DNA from: Octopus bimaculoides
Taxonomy: Eukaryota
Reading direction: 5' to 3'
NCBI RefSeq assembly: GCF_001194135.2
Contig: NC_069005.1
Location: 16,663,059 to 16,727,058 of the forward strand
DNA length: 64,000 bases
Part shown: positions 28,429 through 43,600 of the stretch, piece after piece
Layout: each line of letters opens with the position of its first letter
Position numbering within the stretch: position 1 is the first letter of the stretch
Made by a program: the position numbers and the translations under genes
Notes under the pieces: generated by a model
What the model was told of the DNA's origin: nothing
What the model saw: only the letters and a program-made list of their open reading frames with translations
Database searches by the model: none

Positions 28429-31400
28429 TCTGAATGTTAACAACTCTGAGAATGAGATACAACTGTTGTTATTTTTAAATACTTTGTTTTATTTTTCTTC
28501 TCAATGTTTGTAGCCATCATTGATGAAGAGGTTCTTGTCTATGAACGTGTGAAGAAAAAGGGCTACATACGTCTCACAACCAACAAAGGAATCCTCAATT
28601 TGGAATTACATTGTGAAATGGTGAGGTTTTATTAATGTTTTTCTTAATTTCTCATTTCTATTTGTAGACAGTAGCATCATAGGTTACTGCTTTCCAGCCG
28701 CTTATCAGTGCATTTCTGAGGGTACAAGAAACAAGAGAGTGTCTAGAACAAATATTATTAGCAACTTCGCACAATGAAATATCATTTCCCCCTCTCCAAT
28801 GTTTCCTAGCTAATATTTAAAGCCCTTGTTTACACACACACATAGTTGTGCAGTAAGAAGTTTGCTTTCCAACCACATGGTTTGGTGTTCAGTCCCACTA
28901 CATGGCACCTTGATCAAATGTCTTCTACTATAGCCCTGGGCTGACCAAAACCTTGTGAGTAGATTTCATTGAAGGAAACTGAAAGAAACTCATTGCATAA
29001 GTATGTATGCATGCATTTATTTAAATGTGTGCATGTGTTTGTACCTCCTTGTCTTGATATCTGTTATGGAAGAATCCTAATCACCCCCATGTGACTGAAG
29101 GTGGACTAACTGATTACACTAGATAAGAACTGAGTGGACAGTCAAGGGTATAGTTGTATGGTGTTAGTTTGATTGTGTTGGTTTACTGTGTTAGTTTGTG
29201 TTTTGGTTTAATAGTTGGTAGTTGAATAGTGAATACTGAATATTGTACTGACGTTTGAGTAGTATGGAGTGTGTTCTGTGTTAACATATTTCTTCAATAG
29301 GTTGTTTTTAGATAACCACAACCAACTATATATTTGTGTAATACCATTTTACACCAGACTTATATACTCACGTCGTAACATTTTTTGGCAACAAGATTAT
29401 TCGAAGATACTGCTGGACCGATTTTTGCTTGAACATGTAAAGTTTACTACAGTAATTGAATTGCAGAAACAGCAACAATGGCAACAACAGCAGTTGTTGG
29501 AATTTCAGAAGAGCAACTGTTAATACAACTGATACTGAAGGAAACAGAAAATACATCTAGTTCATTCACACCTGATACTGTTTCAAACTTGATTGGAGTA
29601 GGGTACTACCTTCTCTGCTTGCTTTAGAGGATAGGAAATTTTTAGAGAAGAATACTGTGACTGGCAAGATGAGAAAAAAACTCGACTTTTTGTTGAGAAA
29701 GTTGGCATCAGCTGAGCATGAGGAATATTGCAATTACATATTACTAAAGAACCCAGGTGAAGTCTGTTTTGAAGAAACAGTGAATATTCTATCAAAGATT
29801 TTCAGTGAAAAAAGCTCTTTATTTAATACACACTGGTAATGTATGAATATTACAAAAAAGAGGACAAAGATTTTGTTACATACACTAGAATTGTTAATAG
29901 GGAATGCAAGAGATTTACAATTAACGAACTAACACCAGATATGTTTAAATGCTTAATTTTCAAGCAAAGTTTAACGGTAAAGAAAGATGTGGAAATTCCT
30001 AACCAAATTCTAACTAGATTAGAGCAGAATCAGAAGCTAATACTACAAGAAATATTTGAGGAATGCCAGAGAATAATCAACCTAAAGCATGATACAGAAC
30101 AAATTGAAGAAAGAAACTGTTCTCATATACAGTTGGTGCGACTGAAAGTAAGAAATGAAAAACAGAAAATTAACTCATGTTTTGGATGTGGAGAATTACA
30201 CTATGGATTCAACTGTCCTTATAAAAACCAAAAATACTTCAAGTGTGCTAAGATAGGTCATAAAAAATCACACTGTAAAACAAAACCTAGAAAATGATTC
30301 AGCAGATAAGAAAATCATGTAAACAGTTTATCAGTAACAAGAAATACAAACAAGACTCAAAGGAAATTTGTAGATGTAAAAATTAATAATACAACATAAA
30401 AGTTGCTCCGACTATATTCCAGCAACTGATGGATGCATTGCTTGCAGAGTGTGATTTTGTGGTGGCCTACCTGGATGATATTTTAATTAAATGTGAATCC
30501 TATGTTCAACATGTCAAGCAAGTTTAATGTGTTTTCAAAATATAAAAGATTACGGTTTCAACCTGGGTGAGGAAAAATGAGAATTTTTCTTACTTAAAAT
30601 TAAGTACTTAGGACAAGTTATTGATAAAAATGGTCATTGACCAGCTCCATCAAGGGGAGATGCAATTAAAAGTATGCCCCCTCCAACAAATATATCTATC
30701 ATACAAGTTTTTTGGGGACTTGCAAACTATTATCAGATTTATATACCAAATATGCACAAGGTAAGAGCTCCACTAAATAATTTACTAAAAAAGATGTAAA
30801 GTGGAATAGGTCTGAAAATTGTCAGAAGATTTTCAACGAAATTAAAAGGACATAACATCAGATTTGTCTTTAGAATATTTTGATACTGCATTGAAGATTG
30901 TACTAGCTGCAGATACCAGTGATTATGGTATTAGAGCAGTAATTCTACATATATACGAGGATTTTATCATGAAGGGTGTGACCTATGCTTTACATTCTCT
31001 GCTACCAACAGAGAAAAATTACAGCCAAATTGAAAAAAAGACTGTAGCGATTACTTTTGCTGTAAAAAAATTTCATAGATTCTTACACATCGACTACAGA
31101 CTGACCATCATCTATTATTGTCTATGTATGGATCAAAGAAAGGAATCCCTACCCATACAGTTAATAGGTTGCAATGCTGGGTAATTATATTACTAAATAA
31201 AGATTTTAAGATGGAGTTTATACCATCTAAGAAATTAGGACATGCTGATTGTTTGATACTAAAAGATACTAACCATTTGAGGATTCTGTGATGGCAGTGT
31301 TTCAAGCAGAAAAGGAGATTAAAAATATTGTATGTAATGTATGAGAATTACCAGTTACATTAGAAGAAATCAAACTAAAAGCGGAAAATGATGAATTTAT

Positions 31401-34400
31401 TAAAAAAGTGAAAGGAATAATTCTGAGTGCTGAAAAAAGAAATAAAAAATATGCATTTTGCAGAACACAACATGAATTCAAACCTGTTCTCAGTTTGTGG
31501 CAATGTGCTAATATATGCACAAAAAGTGGTAGTTTTGACCACATTACAGAAACAAATACTAAGAGAATTTCACATTGGTCACCCGGAGATTTCAAGAATG
31601 AAATCATTGAGATGCTGTGTATTGGTCAAGAATGGACTGACAGATTGAAGAACTAGTGAAAGCTTGCAATCGATACCATGATAGACAACAATGAGGTAGT
31701 TAATTATCCTACCGAATTTCTTAACTCATTGGACCCTCCATGCCTTCCTCTACAAAGAAAGAAGGAAGGGATTCCAATAATGCTGCTTTGGAATTTGAAG
31801 CCGCCAAAACTATGCAACCTTACACAACTGGTTGTTAAAAAATTTCTTACCCACATAATAGAGGCTATCATAATTTCCAGGAGTGCAAAACGAGACGATG
31901 TTTTCATACCAAGATTCCTCTCATTCCATCAGGAGTGGCTATTCCTTTCTCCTTTCGGAGGCTTCAATTTCCCATTCGTGTCAGCTTTGCTATGTCAAAA
32001 TACAACTCACAAGGTCAGACACTATCTGTTGCTGGTATTCTTTTGGACGAGTCATATTTTTCACCTGGACAACTATACGTTGGCTATTCGAGAGTGGGAT
32101 GCAAGGTGAATCTCTTTGCATTTGCCCGAAATGGGAGAACAAGGAATATCGTGTACAAGGAGGTGCTACAACCAAATCAAAATGGAGAAATGTATGTTTC
32201 TACAATTTTTTGCAAAAGAGTCCTCTCATTTCATATCCACAACCACTAATTTTCAGGTAGCTATGGCAGCAAGGGATGCATTCGATCGGTTGCCATCACA
32301 TCTACATCAGCAATGATACCAGTATCTTAACAAAGATATGCAACGTGAATCCTGCATCCCTGAGGTTATCAAAGACTGATCGAGACTTACTATTGTTCAA
32401 TGGAACGACAAATAGACATTTGGTTTCTCTCTTTCCTTTTACAAAACCCTTACACTTAAGCCTTTATAGGTTAACCACTTGACTTTAAGTAGTTATTCCA
32501 CAAATCTAGGAGGACTGATCGTTTATGAGCACAAAGCCATAACACCAACAAGATTCCAATATATTCAAGACCTCGTTATAGTTATCCATGGAGCAGGAAA
32601 TAATATATAAGGTCAGGTTTATAAGTTTAGCAATGCCGAAACACACTGCAGTAATCTCATGCTTATGTTAATGATTTTAAATGATTTTCCCACTTAATTC
32701 TTAACCAAACATTTTGGCAACATATGGGTTATTATAATCAGATTGCATATCTTTCATTTATTTTGAAATTGAAATACCCTGGTGTTGTTATACATTGACA
32801 TTCCCTGGCAATGCCGGGAAAACTGCTAGTGTTTTTCTAAATTATTTTCAAGTGAATAACATTATAAAATTTTTTTTTTGGTATAAATATTTTGTAAAAG
32901 ACCCATTTGTAACCTCAATTTTCTTCCATAGATTTTTTTTGAGTGCATTCAATGTATCTCACTTCCAAAGATTTGGCTGCTATTTCTAGCACGCCCTGCT
33001 ACCATGTAACTGGTATTCGCGATAAAGGACTCAAAATACCTGTTACGTGGTAGCAGGGTAGGCAAGAAATAGCAGTCCCAAATCTTTCCTTTTCTGGGGA
33101 AAGGTGCTGCTTTTACTTGATTTCGATGTCACATTCGTTGAAAGCATGCAAAATAACTTGGAAAAGAAAAAAAAAACCCATCAAACAAAACAGCGTTGGG
33201 TCACAGGTAGTCTAATACATATATACATTCCACAATGTAACCTCGTGGACATCGGTGTTGATTTTTTCTTTCTCCATTTTTCCCTTCTTTGAACTTTCCT
33301 TGTTTCCGACGAAGGGCTCCGCCACGTTGTTGTTTTTTGTTACTGTTTTTTGTCTTTTCTTTGAACCTATATATATATATATATGTGTGTGTGTGCGTGT
33401 GTGTGTATATACACACACATACATCAAATATGCACACATAATGGGCTTCTGCACAGTTTTCTTATAAAGGGTTGGTCAATTTATGACTATGGTAGAAGAC
33501 ACCAAATTTCACTCAGAGGATCATATTCGAACCAAATGACTGTAAAATAGACATTTGAACTACACAGTTAGGACTATGATCCCACTCTCAACACTCTCAT
33601 TATGTCATTCCGCTCATGCTTTGGGATAATTTGGGCAAAGAAGGCTATGTTGTAAATCCCTTTGAAGATCTGTTTTTGTTAAATAACCAGGAAGGAGATT
33701 TCAGTAGGGCAGTGACTGTTGAGTTGTTGTTGTTAATGTTTAACCACAGGTCAGCTTTGAATGAGAAGATCTATGATCAAAGGCTGTCTTTTTTTCTGTA
33801 TGGAGGGAACCCATGCCATGATATCCAGCTTGTCTCTCTTTTTAGGATGGCTGTTATTTGAAGGAGAATTATCTTCACAACATTTTTTTGTGAAATTTCA
33901 AGGTTAAAAACCAACTTTAGTCTAAATAGAAGAATGGTTTCATTCAATATCGGTTTTTTTATTTCTAATTTATCTCTGATCCAGCAGACCCATGACCAAA
34001 GATATCCTAATTGCAGCCATCTTCTCTTTTATTCTGACATAGTGTAACTAACGCTACATTATTTAATGTGTTCTATATTTTATTCGGCCATAATGTATAT
34101 ATGTCTTCTTTCTTATTGTTTGACCCCAGGTCAGTTCTGTTTCATCAGACTCTTGACCAACAGTTTTCTAGTCATGATTATTCTTTCTCTCAGACATAAT
34201 GTATCTAGACTACATTATCTAATATGTCCTTCCTGTTTTTTCTAAAAATACTATCATGTTATTTAAGAGAGATTTGACTGCTATTTTTAGTAGGTCAAAC
34301 AACCAATTAGAGGCTCCCTCGTCAATGCATTTTTTCAATATTAAATTATTTACCATTTTTAGGTACCAAAGACCTGTGACAACTTCATAAAACTCTGTTC

Positions 34401-37400
34401 CAATGGTTACTATAAAAATACCATCTTCCATCGGTCAATTCGCAATTTTATGGTAAGTTCTTTATTTTTTTTATTTAGTTTTTATCACAATTGGTCAACA
34501 ATAGTGACACCATTGGTTACCAGTTTCCAACAGCAATCAGTAATTAGTTTACTTTAAATCCTATGGGAAGAGTAACAAGGGAGTGTCAGTATTTCACTGC
34601 AGAACAAATATCATGACTTTGTTTAGAGAATAAATTTTCTCACTGGTATTGGTGTATAGTCTAGATAGGTTGGATGAGCATTGCACACTCACCAATTTTC
34701 TCTATAATAATTCCTACTCCATCAGGATAAAATCTGGTTATAATTTGTTTTTTAATCTGATAATCTAGATACCGGGAAACAAAATATAGTCATGTTGACT
34801 TAAATTTTTTATTGTATATATATGTATGTATGTGTGCATGTTTAGATATATGCACACACATGCAAAGTGTTCATATTTAGTTATCAAACGAGAAAAGATT
34901 GTTAACTAGGCAAGGAATATGGATATTACTGGTCTGTCTACCTTCCCTATCATCAGTAATAAAAGCCAAAAATATTTTGGAATTAATGACAATTGCATAT
35001 ATTCGTTGTGAGTAAAGCAGATTTTGGAAGATATGGCAGTCAGAGTTGTGTACATTCAATAAAACCACATCCCACCATGCTTTCACAGTGCCAGTGCCTA
35101 CATTTGGGATATTAGACACATCAAGAAATTTACAACTAAGGCATCAGGACTGGGAAGATATTAACAATGATTGGTTATTTCCACATCAACAGTGGTACTG
35201 ACAGAATCTATGTTAAATGGAAGGCTGGAGGCAGAAGCATAATATCAGTCTAGATGACCTTTGAGTGCCACACACTTAGACAACCTCTACTGAACAGTAA
35301 AAAGAGAAACGAGTATGTTACATGTATACTCAATAGTAAAGACAATAACATCATGAGATTAGGCAGAGAATTCCTGAGCAGGTACTATGTGTGCACAGCT
35401 GTTCCCTATGAACTAAAAGTGACTGGACTAGCTATTTAGACAGAAATTTGGAGAAATGCTTATCATTCCAGCAGAAAGTTATACATGGATACATATCCTG
35501 CAAGTCAGGTAATACCAAAAGCCTTGGCAGGAGTAGTAGCATCTCCTGGACCGGCAATAAGTATATTACATCTCACTTAGTAAGCTATGCCTCCGCTGTC
35601 CAAGAACAAGAGACAGCTACAAAACCCCTGATCAACAAGAGAGATGAGGATGCCTCTACACCTCCCTATTGTGCTTAGTAAATGTCAGTTTTTCCATATC
35701 AATGTGGAAGCTTTTACCCATAACTAGCAACCATCCCAAATATACACAAGATACTTCTTTCCCAAGAGACATGACATCACTAAAACTCTCTGCAATGCTG
35801 TTCCTCAAGGAGAATTGTCATGGGAGCTACACTGAAAGTGTACTAGAACCAGAAAGTATCTAGATCTTTATAAACAATAACACTGTTGGAACATTCTAAT
35901 AAAAACAGCAACTGTGTGTAAACACAACAAGCCAGACATTGTATGGAACTGAAAATAACAAGCCAGACATTGTTGTATGGAACTGAAAATAAAAGTAGAG
36001 ACCAGCTACCAGTAGATGTGAATATCTTGTTAAAAATTGGGTAAAAGGAGAGCATCTGTGGAGAACTAATGAGAAACTCTATATATTTTCATTTGTACCT
36101 GTTATTGTAGGTGTCTATTCATTTCTTGGGGTCACCCTTTTTAGGAACTTTTTCTCCTAACAAAGAAAGCTGAAATGTAGAAGGCAGACATTCTCTAAAT
36201 GCAAGAATAAAAAGATAAAAATTTGCAAATGTGGCTGTAACTCATTTTAATATGTACACTGCATGCAAATTACAGTATTTGTATTAAGAGAGATAAAAGC
36301 AGTTTTTGTGTGTTCATATTCATATACATAAGAGATGTTTGACTGTTACATCACTTGGAATCACAGCAGGAAGAAAATACGTCTAATTGCTTTAGTTGCG
36401 CCGTCAAAAAGCTCTAGATTTAATTCTCCTACAATGCAACACCACAGCATGCGCCATCCAGTGGCCAATGGATGAGACAACTGGTTTCAAGGGAGGTAAC
36501 TGTCTACATGCCCCCCACCTACAAGACTCAAAGTCGGAACTAATAAACGGTGGACGGAAATTTAAGGGAATACAAACGCTGAGAGATGGCAAAGAGGCAA
36601 CAGTGGGAGAAATGTGAAAAAGAATGAACATTGAGAAAAAAATCTGCATGTACAAAGAACAAAAGTAAATGCAACAGGCATACAAATGGTAAACAACAGT
36701 GTGTGTAGTGTGGACATACATATAAATGTCTGTGTGTTTTTTTCTCTTTTTTTGTTTTTGTAACAAGAATGTGAAACTGGAAAACACATGAGTGTCACCA
36801 TAACACTTAAAGTGAAGCAGAAAGTCATTTAAAAATTGTTTTTGATAGTCTTTTCTGCCTGAACGTGTTGAGGTTGGTGTGGGGTTTCTTTGCAATTTGT
36901 TTGTTTTGTTGGGTGTAGGTGCCTGTTGTGGTGGTGGGCATGAAAATGTCTGTGGAAAGATAGGTGTGTCTGTTTCGGTGAATGCTTTTTTAACTCTGTC
37001 GACAGAAACAGTTATAGCTTTTCCATTCATGTCCACAGTAAACAGTTTTTCTGTGTGCTTAAGTACACAGCAAGGACCCGAATAAGGTGGCATCAATGAA
37101 CCTTTAACGGAATCATTCCGAATAAACACATACATTCATGTGGATATGTCAGAAGGAACCACAGAAGGTACAGACTGTTGTCTGGGCAACATTGGAGGTA
37201 GGTCTGCACCGAAGGATCTAAGTTGAGTGATATACGATGTTGGGTCAGCAATCTGTACATCAACAGTTGCTAACATTTGGTCAGGTAGTGCCAAAGTGGT
37301 GCCATTCAAGAGTTTGGCAGAAGAGTATTCCAATCTGTTTTGATGGCTGAACGGTAGCCTAGTAGAACAATAGGAAGGAATTCCAACCAACGGTGGGGTT

Positions 37401-40400
37401 CAGGAGCAGCATGAATCGCAGCTTTTAGCTGCCTATGGAAACGTTCTACCATTTTGTTCACAGCAGGGTGGTAGCTTGTGGTGTGAATATGCTGTATTCC
37501 TAGTAATTGTGATAGTTCATTAAAGAGACTAGCTTCAAACTGGCAACCACACTCAGTTGTGATGCTGGAAGGTGCTCCAAAATAAGAGATCCAACCTGAA
37601 ATGAGTTCTCTGGCAACAGAAACTGCAGAAATGTCCGCTAGAGGAATGGCTTCAGGCCATTTGGAGAATCTGTCAATGTAGGTCAGGATATACGTGAACC
37701 CGCAACTGATAGTCCATGGTCCAACAATGTCGATATGAATGATATGAATGTCATTATGAATGTGCTGGAACCTGGAATCTGGCTGGTGGCTGGAAGTGCC
37801 CCAAAGGAGCTCGAAATAAGCTTAAACATGGCTGAAATGCCTGGATGTGATAGCAAGTACAAGGCTTCGAAAATAGGACAACGATAATGCTCGGGGACCA
37901 GGGGGTCAGGGTGATCTGGTGGAAACATCAGAAAGAACAGTCCCTTCAGATGATAGAAGAGGCAGGTGCTCGAATTTGCAACAGGAAAACTATGGTGAAG
38001 TCATGTCCAAAGAGTCCAAGGAAGGTTGGTCTGCAGCCAGATCAGTTGAGGCAGAGGACAAAGAACAAACTGGGAGGTGAGACAGGGCATATTCAGGAAT
38101 GCTGTCTGTACCCGCAACGTGGAAAATGTCACTGGTGAACTGTGAGATATAATCCAAGTGCCTGGTCTCTCTGGACGAGTACTGGCCATTTTGGTAAACA
38201 GTGCAAACATTAACAGTTCATGATTGGTGGAAACTGTGCACTCCCTACCCTCGAGAAGGTGAACGAAGTTCTTCACTGCAAGATAAATAGCTAAAAGTTC
38301 TTTACTGAAAATGTTGTAATGCAATTCAAAAGGTTTTAACTGGCGAGAAAAGAAAGCCAGTGGATGAGTTTGTCCATTTACAGTTTGCCACAACACATCA
38401 CCCACAGCTAAATCAGAAGCATCAACTGTGAGACAGACTGGCATCAGGAGCAGGATGAGCCAAAAAGGATGCGTTGGCTAGCTTGGTCTTCACCTCTTTG
38501 AAAGCTTGCAAAACAGTAGGAGACAATGAAATATTAGCATTTTTAGTCAGCTGTCATTTTAAAAGCTGGGTCAAAGGAGACAACTTTTCCACATAGTTGG
38601 AAATGAATCTTCTGTAGAAATTAATTAGACCCAGAAATGTTCTTGACTGTTTTAAAGACACAGGAGGTGACAAATGTTTGATGGCTTCAACTTTAGAAGG
38701 AACCGGGTGAATGCCATCAGCATCTATGAGGTGTCCCAAATATTCCAAGCTGGAAGATCCACACTCACGCTTAGACAGATTGATCTTCACACTAAAAGAA
38801 CGCAAACGGAACAACTGTGTCAAATGCTAAATATGATGATCTTGAGCGATGCTAGCAATTGGGAGATCATGTACATATGTGAAAACAAAAAGTAAGCCAC
38901 AAACGACCTCATCAGTAAATCTCTGGAATGTGCTTGCTGCATTACGAAGACCAAAAGGCATGGATAAAAATTCAAATGCTCCAAAAGGTGTTGTTACTGC
39001 TGTCTTGGGTATATCTTCTGAGTTAACAGGTATTTGATGCTAGGTCGATTTTGGAAAAAAATTTGCATCTATGTAGGGCAGAAGAAAAGTCCTGGAAAAC
39101 GTAGAATCGGATAGCAATCTGGAACCGTGACAGTATTAAGCCTTCTAAAGTCACCACAAGGATGAAAATCGACGGTGCCTTTCTTTACTAATTGCAGAGG
39201 CGTGGCCCATGGGCTCTTGGAAGGATGAATGAGGCCAAGCCGGAGCATATTCTCGAATTCAGCTCTGGCAATCTGCAGCTTTTCTGGAGACAAACGATCA
39301 GGTCTGGAAAATACAGGAGGTCCTTTAGTCATTATAAAATACCTAGTAGAATGAACTGGCTTGGTTAGCTGGGATGTCAAATTCGTTAATCCAGGAAATG
39401 AAGCAAGTAACTGTAGATACGTGTTTCCAGCAGTGGCTACAAAGAATGAAGGACTCACAGCAGGAAGGGTAGTATCCTTTCCGGAGGCAGTGATGAAGAC
39501 GGTTCTATCCAAATGTTGACGTCCCCTGACATCCACCGGGAGTGAATAATGGTGAAGAAAATCTACACCCAAAAGTGGATGTGGTAAGTCAGCAATAACG
39601 AAAATCCACTGGAATATACTATGGAGTGACAAATCGAGAGTAAGAGATATTTGACTATAAGTCTTGATAGCAGAATGGTTAACTGAAAACAAAGAAATGT
39701 CCGAGAGAGCAGGATTGGTGAACATATACTGTCGAGGCCAAATGCTAACACCGGCTCCTGTCATCATCATCATCATCATCGTTTAACGTCTGCTTTCCAT
39801 GCTAGCATGGATTGGACGATTTGACTGAGGACTGGTGAACCAGATGGCTACACCAGGCTCCAATCTGATTTGGCAGAGTTTCTACAGCTGGATGCCCTTC
39901 CTAACGCCAAACACTCTGAGAGTGTAGTGGGTGCTTTTACGTGCTACTGGCATGAATGCCAGTCAGGTGGTACTGGCAACAGCCACGCTCAAAATGGTGT
40001 ATTTTACGTACCACCTGCACAGGAGCCAGTCCAGAAGCACTGGCAACGACCTCGCTCAAATGTCTTTTCACGTGCCATCCGGCACAAGTGCCAGGAAGGC
40101 GACACTGATAACGATCACGCTCAGATGGTGCTATTTATGTGCCACTGGCACAGAAGCCAGACAGCTGCTCTGCCAACGATCATGCTCGGATGGTACATCA
40201 CGATTTTTTCTTCCTTTATAAAATGAGCAATTTTCTGCTCCCTCAATTCCATGGTGAAGCGAAAATGTAGTTTTTGCAACTGGAGTCCTACTTTATTGCT
40301 ACCAGTACTCACCAGCCACTGGTCAAACTGCACATTGCATTGTCCAGCTTACCATCCCCACTTGTTTCGTCTGTCAGGAATTTGCTTACAGACATACCAG

Positions 40401-40633
40401 ATGGGATGTCCTATGAGGAGTTCCGAGGTTCAAGTCCGAGGTGTATGCATGCATGCATACATACATACATACATACATGCACCCCCCCCCCACACACACA
40501 TACACACATATACACATACATACATACATACATACATACATACCCTGTCTGTCTCACACTAACAAAAGAGTTTCACCACACTTTCTGTCTCGCATACTCA
40601 CTATAAAAAGGAAATAAAAAATAATTTCAGTTA

Positions 40634-40666
<33 letters not shown>

Positions 40667-43600
40667 CTCTCTCTTTCTTTCTTTCTCTCTTTCTCCCTCT
40701 CACACACATACACACACCAGCAACATTACACACACACATGCCAACTTCAAAAGAAATCGCGCTCTCTCTATCTCTTTCACTTTTATGACGCCGGTTCCCT
40801 CTTTCCCTCCAACACTTTTTACGGAAAAGGCCGATGTGATTTAAACTTTCCGAGACTTCCACCACACCCCAACCCGTTTTTCGGACCACATAAAGAGTTT
40901 TGTAGCATATTAGCAGGCCAGGATAGTTGATTCCACTAAAAAAATCCGATTTATTTTTTCTTAGTGAAAATCGTGCGAGTGTTATCTAAAAATTTAGCTG
41001 GAGTTTTTCATGGTGAATTTGAGATTAAAAAAAAAAAATTTATCCATATTCTTAATCTCTGTATTTTTCCCATACATTGAAAAATAGATGGTGAAAAGAT
41101 CAATGTGTGTGGGGAGTGAAATTCCAAGGATTTCAGCACACCGGTGGCAGGCATCCATTTGGGGGAGCCATGCTTTTCACATGCGCAACTTTAGGTGGCC
41201 TGCTCCTGTGTGGGTAGTAGAAACGCTCTTTTTGTGTATGCTCTTCAGGGCAGAACATGCAATGTTGTCTATAGCAAAGTTTTATAGACAAGTCTTCATT
41301 GCAGCCGATGTGGTTATAAACAGTGATCCGGAAGCATTGGCCGGATCATGGCAACATGACTGATAGACTCTTCCTCTTTTTTATTGGACAATGCTGACTT
41401 CTCCAACAACAATGCTCACTCATCTGATATCAGTGATTGGCTAAGTTGCTCATAGAGTTAACCAAGAAGTGACAGGCCCCTTATTTGCTGGTAAATTTTC
41501 CTAAGTTACTCCAATCCAGATCTCCAATGCAAACCTTCAGATCAACCTTCTCCTATGCAGATCTCTAATGCAACTTTAAAAAAAAACAGTCAAGGAGTGA
41601 AAATAATCGATAAACTAATTCCTAATGAGATTTCCCAATCAAATTGCCAGCAGACCATTTTCAGCCAAATCAATTTAAACGGATTTCGCTCAAATCTGAT
41701 GTCGATGTTACTTATTTTGGCTTGAAATAAAGCACTTGATCACTTAAAAATCCTAGCTTAATCCCGGGCAATGCCGGGCTATACTGCTAGTGTGTATATA
41801 TATATATATCGTTTCATTCTGGAAATTCCTAAGACAACACTAATGCCAAGCTGTTTCAACCCTTGCCCTTCTCTTGGACAGCATGAGTAGTGTGGAAAGA
41901 AGAGTCCCTCTACAATTACAACTGCTGGTTTTCCACATAAACCTTCCCAGGCCTGCAACCTCTTTGGAGGCAAATCTATGGTCTTTAAAAATGAAGGATG
42001 CTTGTGATGTAATTTATCTATGTTTAAAATATTCTTTTGAAAAATAAACATGTCATAACAATGATTAAGCTATACTTAGTACTACTACTTATAAGATAAA
42101 AAATATTTAATTATAGATTAATTGTAAAGTAAGAATTTATTGTAGTAATTGAAAAGTTCAATGCTGCATAGTTGATATATATATATATATAGATATATAT
42201 ATATATATATATATATATCTGACAGACAATTACCAATTGCATCAATTATTTGTTATATTTTACAGATTCAAGGAGGAGATCCAGATGGAACTGGGAAAGG
42301 TTTGTTTGTTTCTATAATGTGTTATCTTGTATATATTCCCTTCCCTTCTATACTTACATGTGTGCAAGGATTTATGTGTTGGAGGTGTTGTTTGGCTTCA
42401 TCAGAGTAAGAAGTGCAGTGTTCATGACCTTTATGAAAGCCTCCATGTTTTGTTTATAGGAAGGAAGTTATTTTTGCCTATAATGGAACAGATTCCACTG
42501 AAAACACCCAAGGACTACATTATTTGTTAAACTGAGAAAGGATTGGATTAAGTCTACCATCCACATGTTTATGAAGAATTGTAAGAAGTATCAACTAACT
42601 CCACAAATATGTTGGGAAATGTGCATGACTATTAAATTCTAGTAGCTAAAGCAACCATTTAAACTTGTTCTGGTTGATATTTGCAGTGTAATTTAAACAG
42701 AAGTTAAATGTTTACAAATATTAACAATGTTCCTTTTTCATTTGTTGTAGACTATCTGTGTAGCTGTACTGAAAAGTTCCTTTCTTGGTGCAGGGCTAGG
42801 CAACATTTTCTTGTTGGAAAACCAGCAGTTGCCCAGCCCTGCATACTAGTCTCTCCTCTCCACATTACCAGGAGGAGTAGCAGACATTTTGGCACAGCCA
42901 ATTTGATGTTGCTCACTCAATGATGACTTATTTGATATCAGACATTTTAATTTTCTCTTGTTTTCTCCTCTCTCTCTCTCTCTCTCTCTCTCACTTCCCT
43001 CCCCCCTCTCACCCCTCTCTCTCTCTTTCTCTTTTCATGTGTATAAGTATATTTCTCTATGTATATAATGAGAAGGAAAGTGTTTACATCAGCCATGTTC
43101 AATTAATACATTATAATGTAACTTTTCTCTCTTTTTCTGTGTGTGTGTTTATATTTCTTTATGTGTATGTGTCTCCAGCACCAACAAGTATTGTTGCCAA
43201 AATCAGTTGAATGTTCAATCAATGCCAAATCATCAACATCCAAACAGCTGCACCCACTTGTCTCATTCTGTTACCAATATTACCCAAGAGAAGAGTGGAG
43301 CTGATTCAGTTTGGCATCACTGTCATTACAGATGTTCTTGTTAGAATGCAGAGATGTAGAACAGTTATTGCAGCACATCTCATCCAATTCTCTAGCAATT
43401 CCATCAATCTATGGCTCTGGACTAATACTTTATTTATCAAACCAAAAAGAATGAAAGGCTAGGTTACTGTCAGAGGGATTGGAACTCAGTACACATAGAC
43501 TCAGAGCTAATATCAAACGGCATTCTATACTACACTCTAATGTCTCTGCTATTTCATCACTTTATTTAGATATTAATACACATTACCACACATTGTATAA

